Below are positions 17,605 to 25,937 of a DNA stretch of 30,015 nt, piece by piece. The DNA is taken from assembly GCA_030833025.1 (NCBI GenBank), contig JAURHZ010000001.1, positions 1 through 30,015 of the forward strand, written 5' to 3'. Within the stretch, counting starts at the first letter, position 1. Each line of letters begins with the position of its first letter. The notes beneath the pieces are model-generated. The model was not told the DNA's origin. It made no database searches and saw only the letters and a program-made list of their open reading frames with translations. The position numbers were made by a program, and so were the translations under genes. The stretch is from Armatimonadota bacterium (GTDB lineage: Bacteria > Armatimonadota > Armatimonadia > Armatimonadales > Armatimonadaceae).

Positions 17605-17686
17605 GGTGTTTCACAACCTCTACTTGTAACGGATTAGGATGACAGATTTCTACGTTGAGAACGCGTATTCCTTGACATACCAATGA

Positions 17687-19063
17687 CTACGACTGCATTA
17701 CCTGACGGATGACATGGCCATGAACATCGGTGAGGCGGCGCTGCGCACCATTGTGATAGTACGTCAGCTTGGTGTGATCGATACCGCAAAGTGCCAGAAC
17801 GGTAGCGTGAAAATCGTAGACCGTTGCGACATCTGATACCGACTTGTGACCTAATTCGTCGGTCGCGCCATAGGATGCCCCACCCTTGACGCCGGCGCCC
17901 ATCATCCAGACTGTGAATGCATCCGGGTTATGGTCGCGCCCAGCGGCACCGACTTGATGCGTTGGCATCCTCCCAAATTCGGTTGTCCAGAGGACCAGTG
18001 TGTCATCGAGGAGGCCACGGCTCTTCATGTCTGCCAGCAAACCTGCCGTTGGACGATCCAAAATGGGTACATGACGCTCATAATCAGCCTTGAGCGTTTT
18101 GTGCGCATCCCAGTTAAGGAGGCCATCCACTCCGCTAGCACATGCCCCGCAATAAAGCTGAACAAAGCGTACACCACGCTCGAGGAGCCTTCGTGAGAGC
18201 AATGCGTTGCGCGCGTAGGCCGCTTCCAGTGGATTAGACGATGTCGTCCCATACAGCGCATGAGTCGCTTGTGTTTCCTTGCGTAAATCGGTCGCTTCTG
18301 GCGCGGCAAGCTGCATTTTCGCTGCGAGCGCATAAGATTTCATCCGCGCTGCGACATCAGAGTCACCGCCAAGAGATGCATTGAAATGTTGGTCCAAGCG
18401 CTCTAGCTCACGGCGAAGTCGAGCATCGGATGCGCTAGCCTTGCCTGAACCCATATTCGCCAGCGGTTTTTCGGCATTGAATGCAGTTCCCTGGAATGCT
18501 GCAGGAAGAAAACCTGAGCCCCAGTTTGCGGGTCCATTTGGTGGGAGACCGCGGACATCGGGGATGGACACATATGTCGGGAGATTGTCGGTCAGATTTC
18601 CCATCGCCATCGACAACCACGCCCCCATGCTTGGAAATCCATCGAGGACAAAGCCGGTATTGATTTGCAGCAAGCCTGGCCCGTGGGTCGATGACCTCGC
18701 CGTCATACTGTGGATGAACGCCATGTCATCTGCGTGGCGGGAGAGATTCGGCAGCATCGATGAGAGCATTTTGCCGGACCTACCCGCTGGGCGGAATTCC
18801 CACGGCGGGCGCATGATACGACCATTGCCGCCCTGAAACGACTTGACTCCAGTGAGCCCGGGCATCTCCTCACCGCTACGTTTGAAGAGCTCGGGCTTAT
18901 AGTCCCAGAGATCGATATGCGATGCAGCACCCGGGCAGACTATTTGGAGCACCCGCTTCACGCGAGCCGGTTGTTTCCCCTGTTTTCCAGCATCTCGCAT
19001 GAATAGCGATGCCAATGCCATCGCCGGCGTCCCGTGGATCATCGAACCAAATGGATTTGACAT
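17687..19063 (-). CDS. DUF1501 family protein (Planctomycete-type)
   Basis: KRVLQIVCPGAASHIDLWDYKP, DDMAFIHSM, PSMGAW, WGSGFLPA.FQGT, LSRRLLERGVRFVQ, WDAH, GLLDDTLVLWTTEFGRMP, GRDHNP, RRLTDVHGHVI. Confidence 0.92.
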   Translation of the reverse strand: MSNPFGSMIHGTPAMALASLFMRDAGKQGKQPARVKRVLQIVCPGAASHIDLWDYKPELFKRSGEEMPGLTGVKSFQGGNGRIMRPPWEFRPAGRSGKMLSSMLPNLSRHADDMAFIHSMTARSSTHGPGLLQINTGFVLDGFPSMGAWLSMAMGNLTDNLPTYVSIPDVRGLPPNGPANWGSGFLPAAFQGTAFNAEKPLANMGSGKASASDARLRRELERLDQHFNASLGGDSDVAARMKSYALAAKMQLAAPEATDLRKETQATHALYGTTSSNPLEAAYARNALLSRRLLERGVRFVQLYCGACASGVDGLLNWDAHKTLKADYERHVPILDRPTAGLLADMKSRGLLDDTLVLWTTEFGRMPTHQVGAAGRDHNPDAFTVWMMGAGVKGGASYGATDELGHKSVSDVATVYDFHATVLALCGIDHTKLTYYHNGAQRRLTDVHGHVIRQVMQS

Positions 19064-19072
19064 GTTTTCTTC

Positions 19073-20660
19073 CTAATACGAGATAAATGCACTGCTGTTA
19101 AGGAGCACGCGAGCAACGGCAACATTTCCGCCTGACTTGTGAATACTTTGGATGACGGATGTCTCAACCGCATCCGGTCCCCGGCCCATCAAGCGCTTGA
19201 AGACATCGACGGCTCCAGTTGCCTTTTCACCCAAGATGCTCGCCTGTTCGTTTACAAACTTACCGTTCCAGAGCGCAAGCGCTTGTAATGCGGTTGTCGT
19301 CGCATCACGTTTTGGTGTCCGCACCGATGACTCAGGACAATCAAATGCGCCAAGAAAGCCATCTCGGACACCGCGGGCTGCGATGCTATAGATTCCACGA
19401 CGCCAAGTGTCCTTACCCGGAAGCTCAAGGTCTGTAAAGCGTGCTACGTTTACTACATCGTAGCCAAAGAGGCGATACCCCGGTCCGTACATTGCCTTAT
19501 CGAGGTTTCCACATGTTGACAGTATGGCATCGCGGACCATTTCAGCTTCCATGCGTCGCACTGGCATCCGCCAAAGTAGAACATTGCAAGCATCCTTGCG
19601 CATCGCTACCGGGCTAGCAAAACTTGAGCGGGCATAGGCATCCGTGCTGAGGATGTAGCGATGTAGCTTCTTGATCGACCAGCCGTTGTTCACAAACCAT
19701 GTTGCGAGGTGATCAAGCAGCTCAGGGTGGCTTGGTTCGCCTCCCATATTTCCAAAGTCACTTGGACCAGCCACCAGCCCGCGACCAAAGTGTTGTTGCC
19801 AAATGCGGTTAACGATTACTCGCGCGACGGTTGGATGTTTTCCATTGGTCAGCCATTTGGCAAATGCAAGGCGCCGGTCTGCCTCAGCGGCTTGCTCGAG
19901 GCCACACGTACCCCCTGCATACTCCATGATTTTTGGTGCGGCCGGCGCAACGACTTCCTTTCGCTGCATCACATCCCCGCGGGTCAACAAAAACGTGGGC
20001 TCTGGTTCCGTAAAACGCCCGGTGTAAGCAGACGATGGGCTCGTCTGCACAGGATCTTTTTGTAACAATGCCTTCCAAGAAGCTTCTGCAACATCGAGTG
20101 CATTTTTAGCCTTTGTGTCTAGATTCTTCCGAATCTCATCGGGATGCACATACGTCACTCCGGGCAATCGTCCCGCCTGGGTTGCTACCGTCTCCCACGT
20201 ATTGCCATCGGTTGAAACACTAATAACATAGGCAGTTGGGACCCGGTCATCAAAACGTGGGACTAGGCCAGCATCCCGGCTCCACACCACACGATTTACC
20301 TTTGTCAGCTTAGGAAAGGTCAGCGTGATGCTGCCACGCCCCTTCGTTGCTGAGATCCAGCTATATGGGTTACCAAAGCGTCCATCATTTATGTGGCTGG
20401 CTTTGTGATCTGTATAGCCTGCAAGAGTCGAGTCCGGCTGTGCAATTACTCCATCGATTGCAAGTGCAATGTTTGTGTCCTGCGAAAACACTTGGAGCTC
20501 ATCGATACAAGGTTCTTGGCTATCGTTTGTCGCAAGGACATCAAAACGAACACTTTTGACCTCACGCTCGCGGAATGTCTCCTCATTCCACTGGCTATTG
20601 AGTGCCGGGCGGCCCGGAACCGCCTTGGGATTTGACACGTCCCGTAAATCGCAGCTGCTG
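19073..20660 (-). CDS. C-terminal fragment: F5/8 type C (discoidin)-like domain and DUF1553
   Basis: RPALNSQWNEE..VRFDVLATN..EPCIDELQVF, HINDGRFGN..SWIS, VVWSRD, RRLAFAKWL, ARVIVNRIWQQHFGRGLV..PSDFG..GGEPSHPELLDHLA, RRMEAEMVRDAIL, FDCP, QALALWN. The first ~60 aa of the computed ORF (to 20842) are an out-of-frame reading of DUF1549. Confidence 0.8.
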
Positions 20661-21773
20661 TACTTGGTTGTGGACGTTGACGGTCTGTGCAAGCCAATCC
20701 CTTGATGGCTTTGGAAGTGACTTACCGGGCCTCGGGAGGTCTGTTTCGCCATGATTGACGCCAGAGAACAGTGCCTCCAGCGCATAGAAGTCGCGCTGAG
20801 ATATTGGGTCAAACTTATGGTCGTGGCAACGGGCACAGCCAATAGTAAAGCCCATCACCGATGCGCCAACCGTTGCAACGATGTCCTCTAAGTCATTTGC
20901 CCGCTGCTGACGGGTAGCTTCTTCAACTTGGCTAGGCACCGTATCGTGGATTCCAGCGACGAGGAACCCCGTGGCGGGAAGGATATCCGGATTCCCTTTA
21001 CCCAGAATATCTCCGGCAAGCTGCTCTTGAATAAACTCAGAGTAGGGCTTGTCGGCATTGAAGGAGCGAATAACATAGTCGCGATACGGCCATGCATTGG
21101 GCCGGATGTGGTTTTGTTCGTACCCATGGGATTCCCCAAAACGGGCGACATCTAGCCACAGCCTCGCCATCCGCTCTCCGTATGCAGGCGATGCAAGTAA
21201 GCGGTCAATGACATTTTGACGGGACGTAGCAGTAGAATCGGCCAAATAGGCGGCTGTCTCACCCACAGTTGGGGGGATGCCGGTCAAGTCCACTGTTATA
21301 CGGCGTAACCACGCGATCTTTGTTGCTGGCGGATTCGCGGTGATTCCCTTTGCTTTTAACGACTTAGCGATAAAGGCATCGATAGGGTGTTTGATACCCG
21401 AAACTTTCGGAACAGGCGGGTTGGATACGGGTCTGAGTGACCAGAGCGCGGGTGCGGCTGATTTCGCAGGGAGAAGTGCTCGCAAGCTTGCATCTTCAGT
21501 CTTCGTCAACCGCCGACTTGGGGGCATCGAGCCAGCATTGAGAACGCGTTCAAGGCGCCCGCTGCTTACGGCACGCTGAATGCCGGTGTCACTTGAAAGG
21601 TCGATGTTGCCAGCAGGGTTCGTCTTTCCATGACAGGAAATGCACGAGCTTCCGATGACCTTACGTGCGTTGCTCGAAGGGGGCTGATCTGCTTTGGCTG
21701 GCACGAGTAATCCCACAGCAAACGGAAACGCCGAAACCGCCATCATCACCATCGACGACCGCATTCCTGGCAT
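20595..21773 (-). CDS. N-terminal fragment: signal peptide, Planctomycete cytochrome c domain and DUF1549
   Basis: GAGGTG SD; CISCH heme motif; WSLRPV; HPIDAFI; LRRITVDLTGIPPT; SPAYGERMARLWLDVARFGES; NAWPYRDYVI; GCARCHDHKFDPISQRDFY. Confidence 0.85.
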   Translation of the reverse strand: MPGMRSSMVMMAVSAFPFAVGLLVPAKADQPPSSNARKVIGSSCISCHGKTNPAGNIDLSSDTGIQRAVSSGRLERVLNAGSMPPSRRLTKTEDASLRALLPAKSAAPALWSLRPVSNPPVPKVSGIKHPIDAFIAKSLKAKGITANPPATKIAWLRRITVDLTGIPPTVGETAAYLADSTATSRQNVIDRLLASPAYGERMARLWLDVARFGESHGYEQNHIRPNAWPYRDYVIRSFNADKPYSEFIQEQLAGDILGKGNPDILPATGFLVAGIHDTVPSQVEEATRQQRANDLEDIVATVGASVMGFTIGCARCHDHKFDPISQRDFYALEALFSGVNHGETDLPRPGKSLPKPSRDWLAQTVNVHNQVQQLRFTGRVKSQGGSGPPGTQ

Positions 21774-21794
21774 AGTGACACCTCACAAAACTAG

Positions 21795-23600
21795 TTGAAT
21801 GATTCTACAGGACATCCCGTTCGCTCTGGTGAACTAAGCCCCATGCATCTCGTGTGGAAAACCAAGCACACGGTTGACGCTTCTGCATCTACTCCCCCAC
21901 CTCAGCAGCCGAAGCGCATCGACCTCCCATCGCCTCCCGTCCGACCTATATTTAACGCACCTATCCTCGATGCCGACATGCGTATCGTGGATGGCGTCCG
22001 CTTAAACGATGGCGGCTATGTTTTAGCAACGACAACCGGGCCAGTTCTTGTTCGCGGTGATTACTGGCATCCCCTTACCGGAGCCGATGGCGTCCCGCGG
22101 GTGGACATGACCTGTGTGCTCGTTGGCAGGGATGGAGCGATTTGGGGAGGTACCGAGGAAGGCGTTTGGAGGCACTGTAACGGTCGCTTCAACTACTTCT
22201 GGGGCAAGCGGTGGTTGATTAACAACAAGGTAACCGGTCTTACCGAAACAGCTGATGGCAAAGTGATTGTCCATACACCTAAGGGGACATCTACCCTCTG
22301 GCAGGATCAGGTCGCCCTTTCCGTACTCGCAGACCACTTTGAGAAGATAACGCTCCAACGTCATGACCGTAATGGTTACATCACCGGATGTGGACTAAAG
22401 AAGCAAGGTGATCCAAACGGTGGTGTGATTCCCGAGGCATCCGACAATGATGGTCTCTGGACCGCGCTGGCTGTCGCTGCCTTTGCCTTCAAAGCTGCTG
22501 CAACAGGAAACCCGGAAGACAAACGCCGGTGTGTCCGCCACCTCGATGCCATTCTTGAACTCGAGCGCCTTACGGGTATCCCAGGTTTTCCTGCACGCGC
22601 AATCATGACGGAAGCAGAGCGGCAGGCGGGTGTCACAGGCTTGGATGCCGAAGAAACCGTACGCCTTGAAGGTGAAACGACCAAGATCTGGTTCAAGTCA
22701 CCGGTGGATCCAAACATTTGGTGTAAAGGCGACACATCGTCGGATGAAATTGATGGCCACTACTACGCTTGGTTTGTTGTGGATTATGTGCTGAATGACC
22801 CTGCACTCCGCAAGAAAATGGCACCTGTTGTCAAGCGGGTTACGGATCACTTGATTTCGCATAACCACCGGATGTTCGGGCATCACGGCAAGCGTACCCT
22901 CTGGGGTGAGTGGAATCCGGAATCTATTAATGGCTCGCTTCAATGGTTTGAAGAGCGTGGCCTAAACTCGATGGAATACATCACCTACCTCGCGATCGCA
23001 CACCGGATCACCGGCGATAAGAAGTACCTTGAAATCCGCGAAGAGTTCATTCGTAAGCATCACTATGACTTGAACTCACTTCTCTACCGGGATGGCTCGC
23101 TTTGGTATCAGGTCAACCACTCGGATGATGAGCTGGCGATGACGATTTGGATGCCGATGATTCTCTGTGAGACAGATCCTTGGCGTAAGCAGCTTTGGAT
23201 TCGGAATATGATGGCAGCCTGGGATGGGACAAAGGGCAGCCGCGGGATTAAGGCCGAGCGCTCACCGTTCTACATTGCTCATATTATGGCGCTGACCGGC
23301 GATACGGATGCTGCTGGCACATTGACAGATGTCCTTGGTCACTGGCCCCTTGACTTGGTCAACCACACCATCAAGAACTCGCATCGGCATGATATTCAGC
23401 TCATGACACATCAAAGCCGGGGTACTGAGCAGTTCCTAACGAAGACACTTCCTCTTGAAGAGCAGCGTGTGATGCGCTGGAATGGGTCTCCATTTGAGCC
23501 GGATCATAACGGGGATGGCCGTTCTGAAGAAGATGGAATCGCATTCCTCCTTCCGTACTGGATGGGTGTCTATAACGGGTTTATCCATGCCACAGACTAG
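21795..23600 (+). CDS. Uncharacterised protein: short beta-propeller (two-component-regulator-propeller-like) region plus a probable (alpha/alpha)-barrel glycosidase-like domain
   Basis: DGAIWGGTEEGVWR and GKRWLINNKVTGL blades; acidic motifs SDNDGLWT, GDTSSDEIDGHYY, NHSDDEL; LLPYWMG near the C-terminus. Start uncertain (TTG 21795 or ATG 21843). The fold call is pattern-based. Confidence 0.6.
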   Translation: MNDSTGHPVRSGELSPMHLVWKTKHTVDASASTPPPQQPKRIDLPSPPVRPIFNAPILDADMRIVDGVRLNDGGYVLATTTGPVLVRGDYWHPLTGADGVPRVDMTCVLVGRDGAIWGGTEEGVWRHCNGRFNYFWGKRWLINNKVTGLTETADGKVIVHTPKGTSTLWQDQVALSVLADHFEKITLQRHDRNGYITGCGLKKQGDPNGGVIPEASDNDGLWTALAVAAFAFKAAATGNPEDKRRCVRHLDAILELERLTGIPGFPARAIMTEAERQAGVTGLDAEETVRLEGETTKIWFKSPVDPNIWCKGDTSSDEIDGHYYAWFVVDYVLNDPALRKKMAPVVKRVTDHLISHNHRMFGHHGKRTLWGEWNPESINGSLQWFEERGLNSMEYITYLAIAHRITGDKKYLEIREEFIRKHHYDLNSLLYRDGSLWYQVNHSDDELAMTIWMPMILCETDPWRKQLWIRNMMAAWDGTKGSRGIKAERSPFYIAHIMALTGDTDAAGTLTDVLGHWPLDLVNHTIKNSHRHDIQLMTHQSRGTEQFLTKTLPLEEQRVMRWNGSPFEPDHNGDGRSEEDGIAFLLPYWMGVYNGFIHATD

Positions 23601-24720
23601 GGGTTTTGCCGCTACGGAAGGACAGGATATCTTTCCGTTTCATCCGTTACACAACCACAGTGCCGGCGTAACGGTGCTACCCGATAAGACGCTTTTGGTT
23701 GTCTTTTACCGGGGCACGGGAGAGCGGACAGCGGATGATGTTGCTATTTGGGCATCGCGGCGCGACCGAAGCGGAAAGTGGTGCGAGCCAGTCGTTATCG
23801 CCGATACGCCAGGATTCCCTGACACGAATCCAGTCGTTACAACGGCACCTAATGGTGAGATTCAGCTGTATTACGGCACCCAGCTTGATAACAACTGGGA
23901 AAGCACCCTGCTCAAGCAACGCATCGGACGGATCAAAGGAAGCTCAGGCTGCCGAATCGAGTGGAGTCGCGATCAGGTCGTGCATTTAAAACCCGATGAG
24001 GATGCGTTCCGGCGCCAGTATTTGCCGGGGCTCAAAACAGTGTATACGGGTGCTTCTCCAGCGGACATTTTTCCCAAGTACTACGCAATCCAGGAAGAAC
24101 GAAGCCAAAAACGCATTAACATCAGACTCGGTTGGATGGGTCGCTGTACGCCGATTTGGGTTGGGAACCAGCTCCACTTGCCGCTTTACCACGATGGCTT
24201 TGATGTCGGATTGGTAGCGATGTCGAATGACGGCGGAACTACGTTCACAGCTGGTGGCCCGATTGTTGGACGTGCTGCGGTTCAGCCGAGTTTGTTGCGC
24301 CTGAGCGATGGCAGCTGGATGGCGTATAACCGTAACAACGGTCCGGGCCCAATGCGAATCTTAGCTGCCAAGAGTGTGGATGGCTGTAAATCTTGGTCGC
24401 TTGCGACAGAGATGACGCTGCCGAATCCGGGTGTTTCGGTGGCAGTTGACCGGCACGTGGATGGAACCATTGTGTTGGTTGGAAATGATACCGAGGATGG
24501 ACGCCATTCATTAGCATTTTGGTGTAGCCGTGATGAGGGTAAATCGTGGACATCTGCCACGACCATCGAAGCCGCTCCAGCCGGATCTGAATGGTCTTTC
24601 CACTATCCCAACATGGTTCGATTACCAAGTGGCAACTTAGGTCTGGTTTACTCACGCTACGCGAAGGCTGGTCAGACAATCCGTTACGTCGAGCTTACCC
24701 AGAAGCATATTAAGGCATAA
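23587..24720 (+). CDS. BNR-repeat / sialidase-fold (exo-alpha-sialidase family) protein
   Basis: HNHSAGVTVLPDKTLLVVFY.G..E, DTPGFPDTNPV, Asp-boxes SNDGGTTF, SVDGCKSW and SRDEGKSW, VQPSLL, NPGVSV, FHYPNM. The ATG at 23587 overlaps the upstream stop by 14 nt; the computed 23482 start is unlikely. Confidence 0.82.
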   Translation: MPQTRGFAATEGQDIFPFHPLHNHSAGVTVLPDKTLLVVFYRGTGERTADDVAIWASRRDRSGKWCEPVVIADTPGFPDTNPVVTTAPNGEIQLYYGTQLDNNWESTLLKQRIGRIKGSSGCRIEWSRDQVVHLKPDEDAFRRQYLPGLKTVYTGASPADIFPKYYAIQEERSQKRINIRLGWMGRCTPIWVGNQLHLPLYHDGFDVGLVAMSNDGGTTFTAGGPIVGRAAVQPSLLRLSDGSWMAYNRNNGPGPMRILAAKSVDGCKSWSLATEMTLPNPGVSVAVDRHVDGTIVLVGNDTEDGRHSLAFWCSRDEGKSWTSATTIEAAPAGSEWSFHYPNMVRLPSGNLGLVYSRYAKAGQTIRYVELTQKHIKA

Positions 24721-24751
24721 AAATAGCCCCAGAGGATACTCCTTCTGGGGC
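24719..24751 (-). terminator. Intrinsic terminator for pheA (between convergent genes)
   Basis: On the minus strand: GCCCCAGA-AGGAGTATCC-TCTGGGGC followed by TATTTTT. Confidence 0.75.
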
Positions 24752-24762
24752 CGATGACTTTT

Positions 24763-25827
24763 CTAATGGGCTTCTGGATAGGAGCCGAGGACAGTCACAA
24801 ACATGCTCTGTTCCTCTAAATGCTTCAATGCACGCCTTACTCTGTCCTCTTTGATGTGCCCCGTAAAGTCAAGGAAGAAAACATACTCCCAAGGAAGCTG
24901 CTTGGTCGGCCTAGACTCAATCAACGTGAGGTTAATGTCGTGGGCATCAAGTGCGGCCATCGCGCGCATGAGAGCGCCAGCACGGTGCTGGACTGAGAAG
25001 TAAATGCTCGTCTTGTCACGCCCGCTTGGTTGTGGCTGGTTTTCACCGATTACCAGAAACCGCGTTCGATTGTGTGCTGAGTCTTCAATATGAGCAGCGA
25101 CAATGTTTAGTCCATGAATCTCGGCAGCAATATCGGTTGTGATACACGCGGATTCGATGTCATCTGCCGCCAGCTGTGCGGAGCGCGCGTTGGATGTCGT
25201 CTCAACGAGTTCGATGCGTTGCAAGTTGTCACGTAGCCAGTTGCGACACTGTGCGGATGCCTGTGGGTGCGCATAGAGGCGCTTTACAGATGTTATGTCT
25301 TCGGACTTCGTCGCAAGGTTATGCGATACCTGAACATAAACCTCAGCACAGATTCGCGCCTTACCTTGTGCAAAGAGGTCTAGCGTAAGAGGAACAATTC
25401 CCTCTGTGCTGTTTTCGACTGGGACAACTCCGTAGTCAGCCTCGCCTCGCTCGACTTTTGCAAAGACATCTCCGATGGTCTGCACGGGAATAAACTCCGC
25501 GCTGTTGCCGAATTTATCGCGCGCTGCACGGTGGCTGAAGGTTCCTTCAGGGCCGAGGTAAGCAATGCGCATGGAGGCTTCAAGTGCTCGGCTTGCCGAA
25601 ATAATTTCTCGGAAGATCGCCTTAACTGCATCTCCGGAGAAAGGCCCAGGATTATTCGCAAGCAATCTGTCAAAAATCTGAACCTCGCGCTCAGGAGCAA
25701 AAAATTGCCCTGCAGTGCGAGTTTTCCCTAGTCCGATCTCCTGTGCCAGCTTGGCCCGATCGGAGAGAAGACTTAGGATTTGGTTATCGATGGCATCGAT
25801 TTTTTGACGTAATTCACTAATTGACAT
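24763..25827 (-). CDS. pheA: Bifunctional chorismate mutase / prephenate dehydratase (P-protein)
   Basis: AroQ-type ISELRQKIDAIDNQILSLLSDRA, IAYLGPEGTFSH, VPVENSTEG, HPQA..QC, NRTRF, and ACT domain INLTLIESRP. Confidence 0.96.
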   Translation of the reverse strand: MSISELRQKIDAIDNQILSLLSDRAKLAQEIGLGKTRTAGQFFAPEREVQIFDRLLANNPGPFSGDAVKAIFREIISASRALEASMRIAYLGPEGTFSHRAARDKFGNSAEFIPVQTIGDVFAKVERGEADYGVVPVENSTEGIVPLTLDLFAQGKARICAEVYVQVSHNLATKSEDITSVKRLYAHPQASAQCRNWLRDNLQRIELVETTSNARSAQLAADDIESACITTDIAAEIHGLNIVAAHIEDSAHNRTRFLVIGENQPQPSGRDKTSIYFSVQHRAGALMRAMAALDAHDINLTLIESRPTKQLPWEYVFFLDFTGHIKEDRVRRALKHLEEQSMFVTVLGSYPEAH

Positions 25828-25857
25828 GAAGGCATTCCCACTCTTACCGAGTGCTCG

Positions 25858-25866
25858 ATTTTATCA
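25858..25866 (-). promoter_or_regulatory. Extended -10 element (TGn-TAAAAT) upstream of pheA
   Basis: The minus strand reads TG-A-TAAAAT about 30 nt upstream of the pheA ATG. No clear -35. Confidence 0.5.
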
Positions 25867-25937
25867 CCGGGCCTGCATCGCACTGCGAAACGACAGCCAA
25901 CATCGGTATGATTTGATAGGATGAACGGGAAATAAGT

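Larger units (their letters stand above)
19073..21773 (-). pseudogene. Frameshifted gene for a Planctomycete-type cytochrome c-DUF1549 (PSD1/PSCyt2)-discoidin-DUF1553 protein (real lesion, recoding or sequence error)
   Basis: The N-terminal half is in ORF 20595..21773 and the C-terminal half in ORF 19073..20842. They overlap by 248 nt in different frames, and a single +1 (or -2) shift near 20625-20660 joins them. Confidence 0.75.

Noticed and set aside
17672-17701. Perfect TTGACA on the plus strand, a possible antisense promoter into DUF1501
   Set aside because: No acceptable -10 hexamer lies 16-19 nt downstream.
20661-20842. Independent start for the DUF1553 ORF (MAVPVATT...)
   Set aside because: This stretch is the out-of-frame reading of the conserved DUF1549 C-terminus and has no SD, so a frameshift explains it better.
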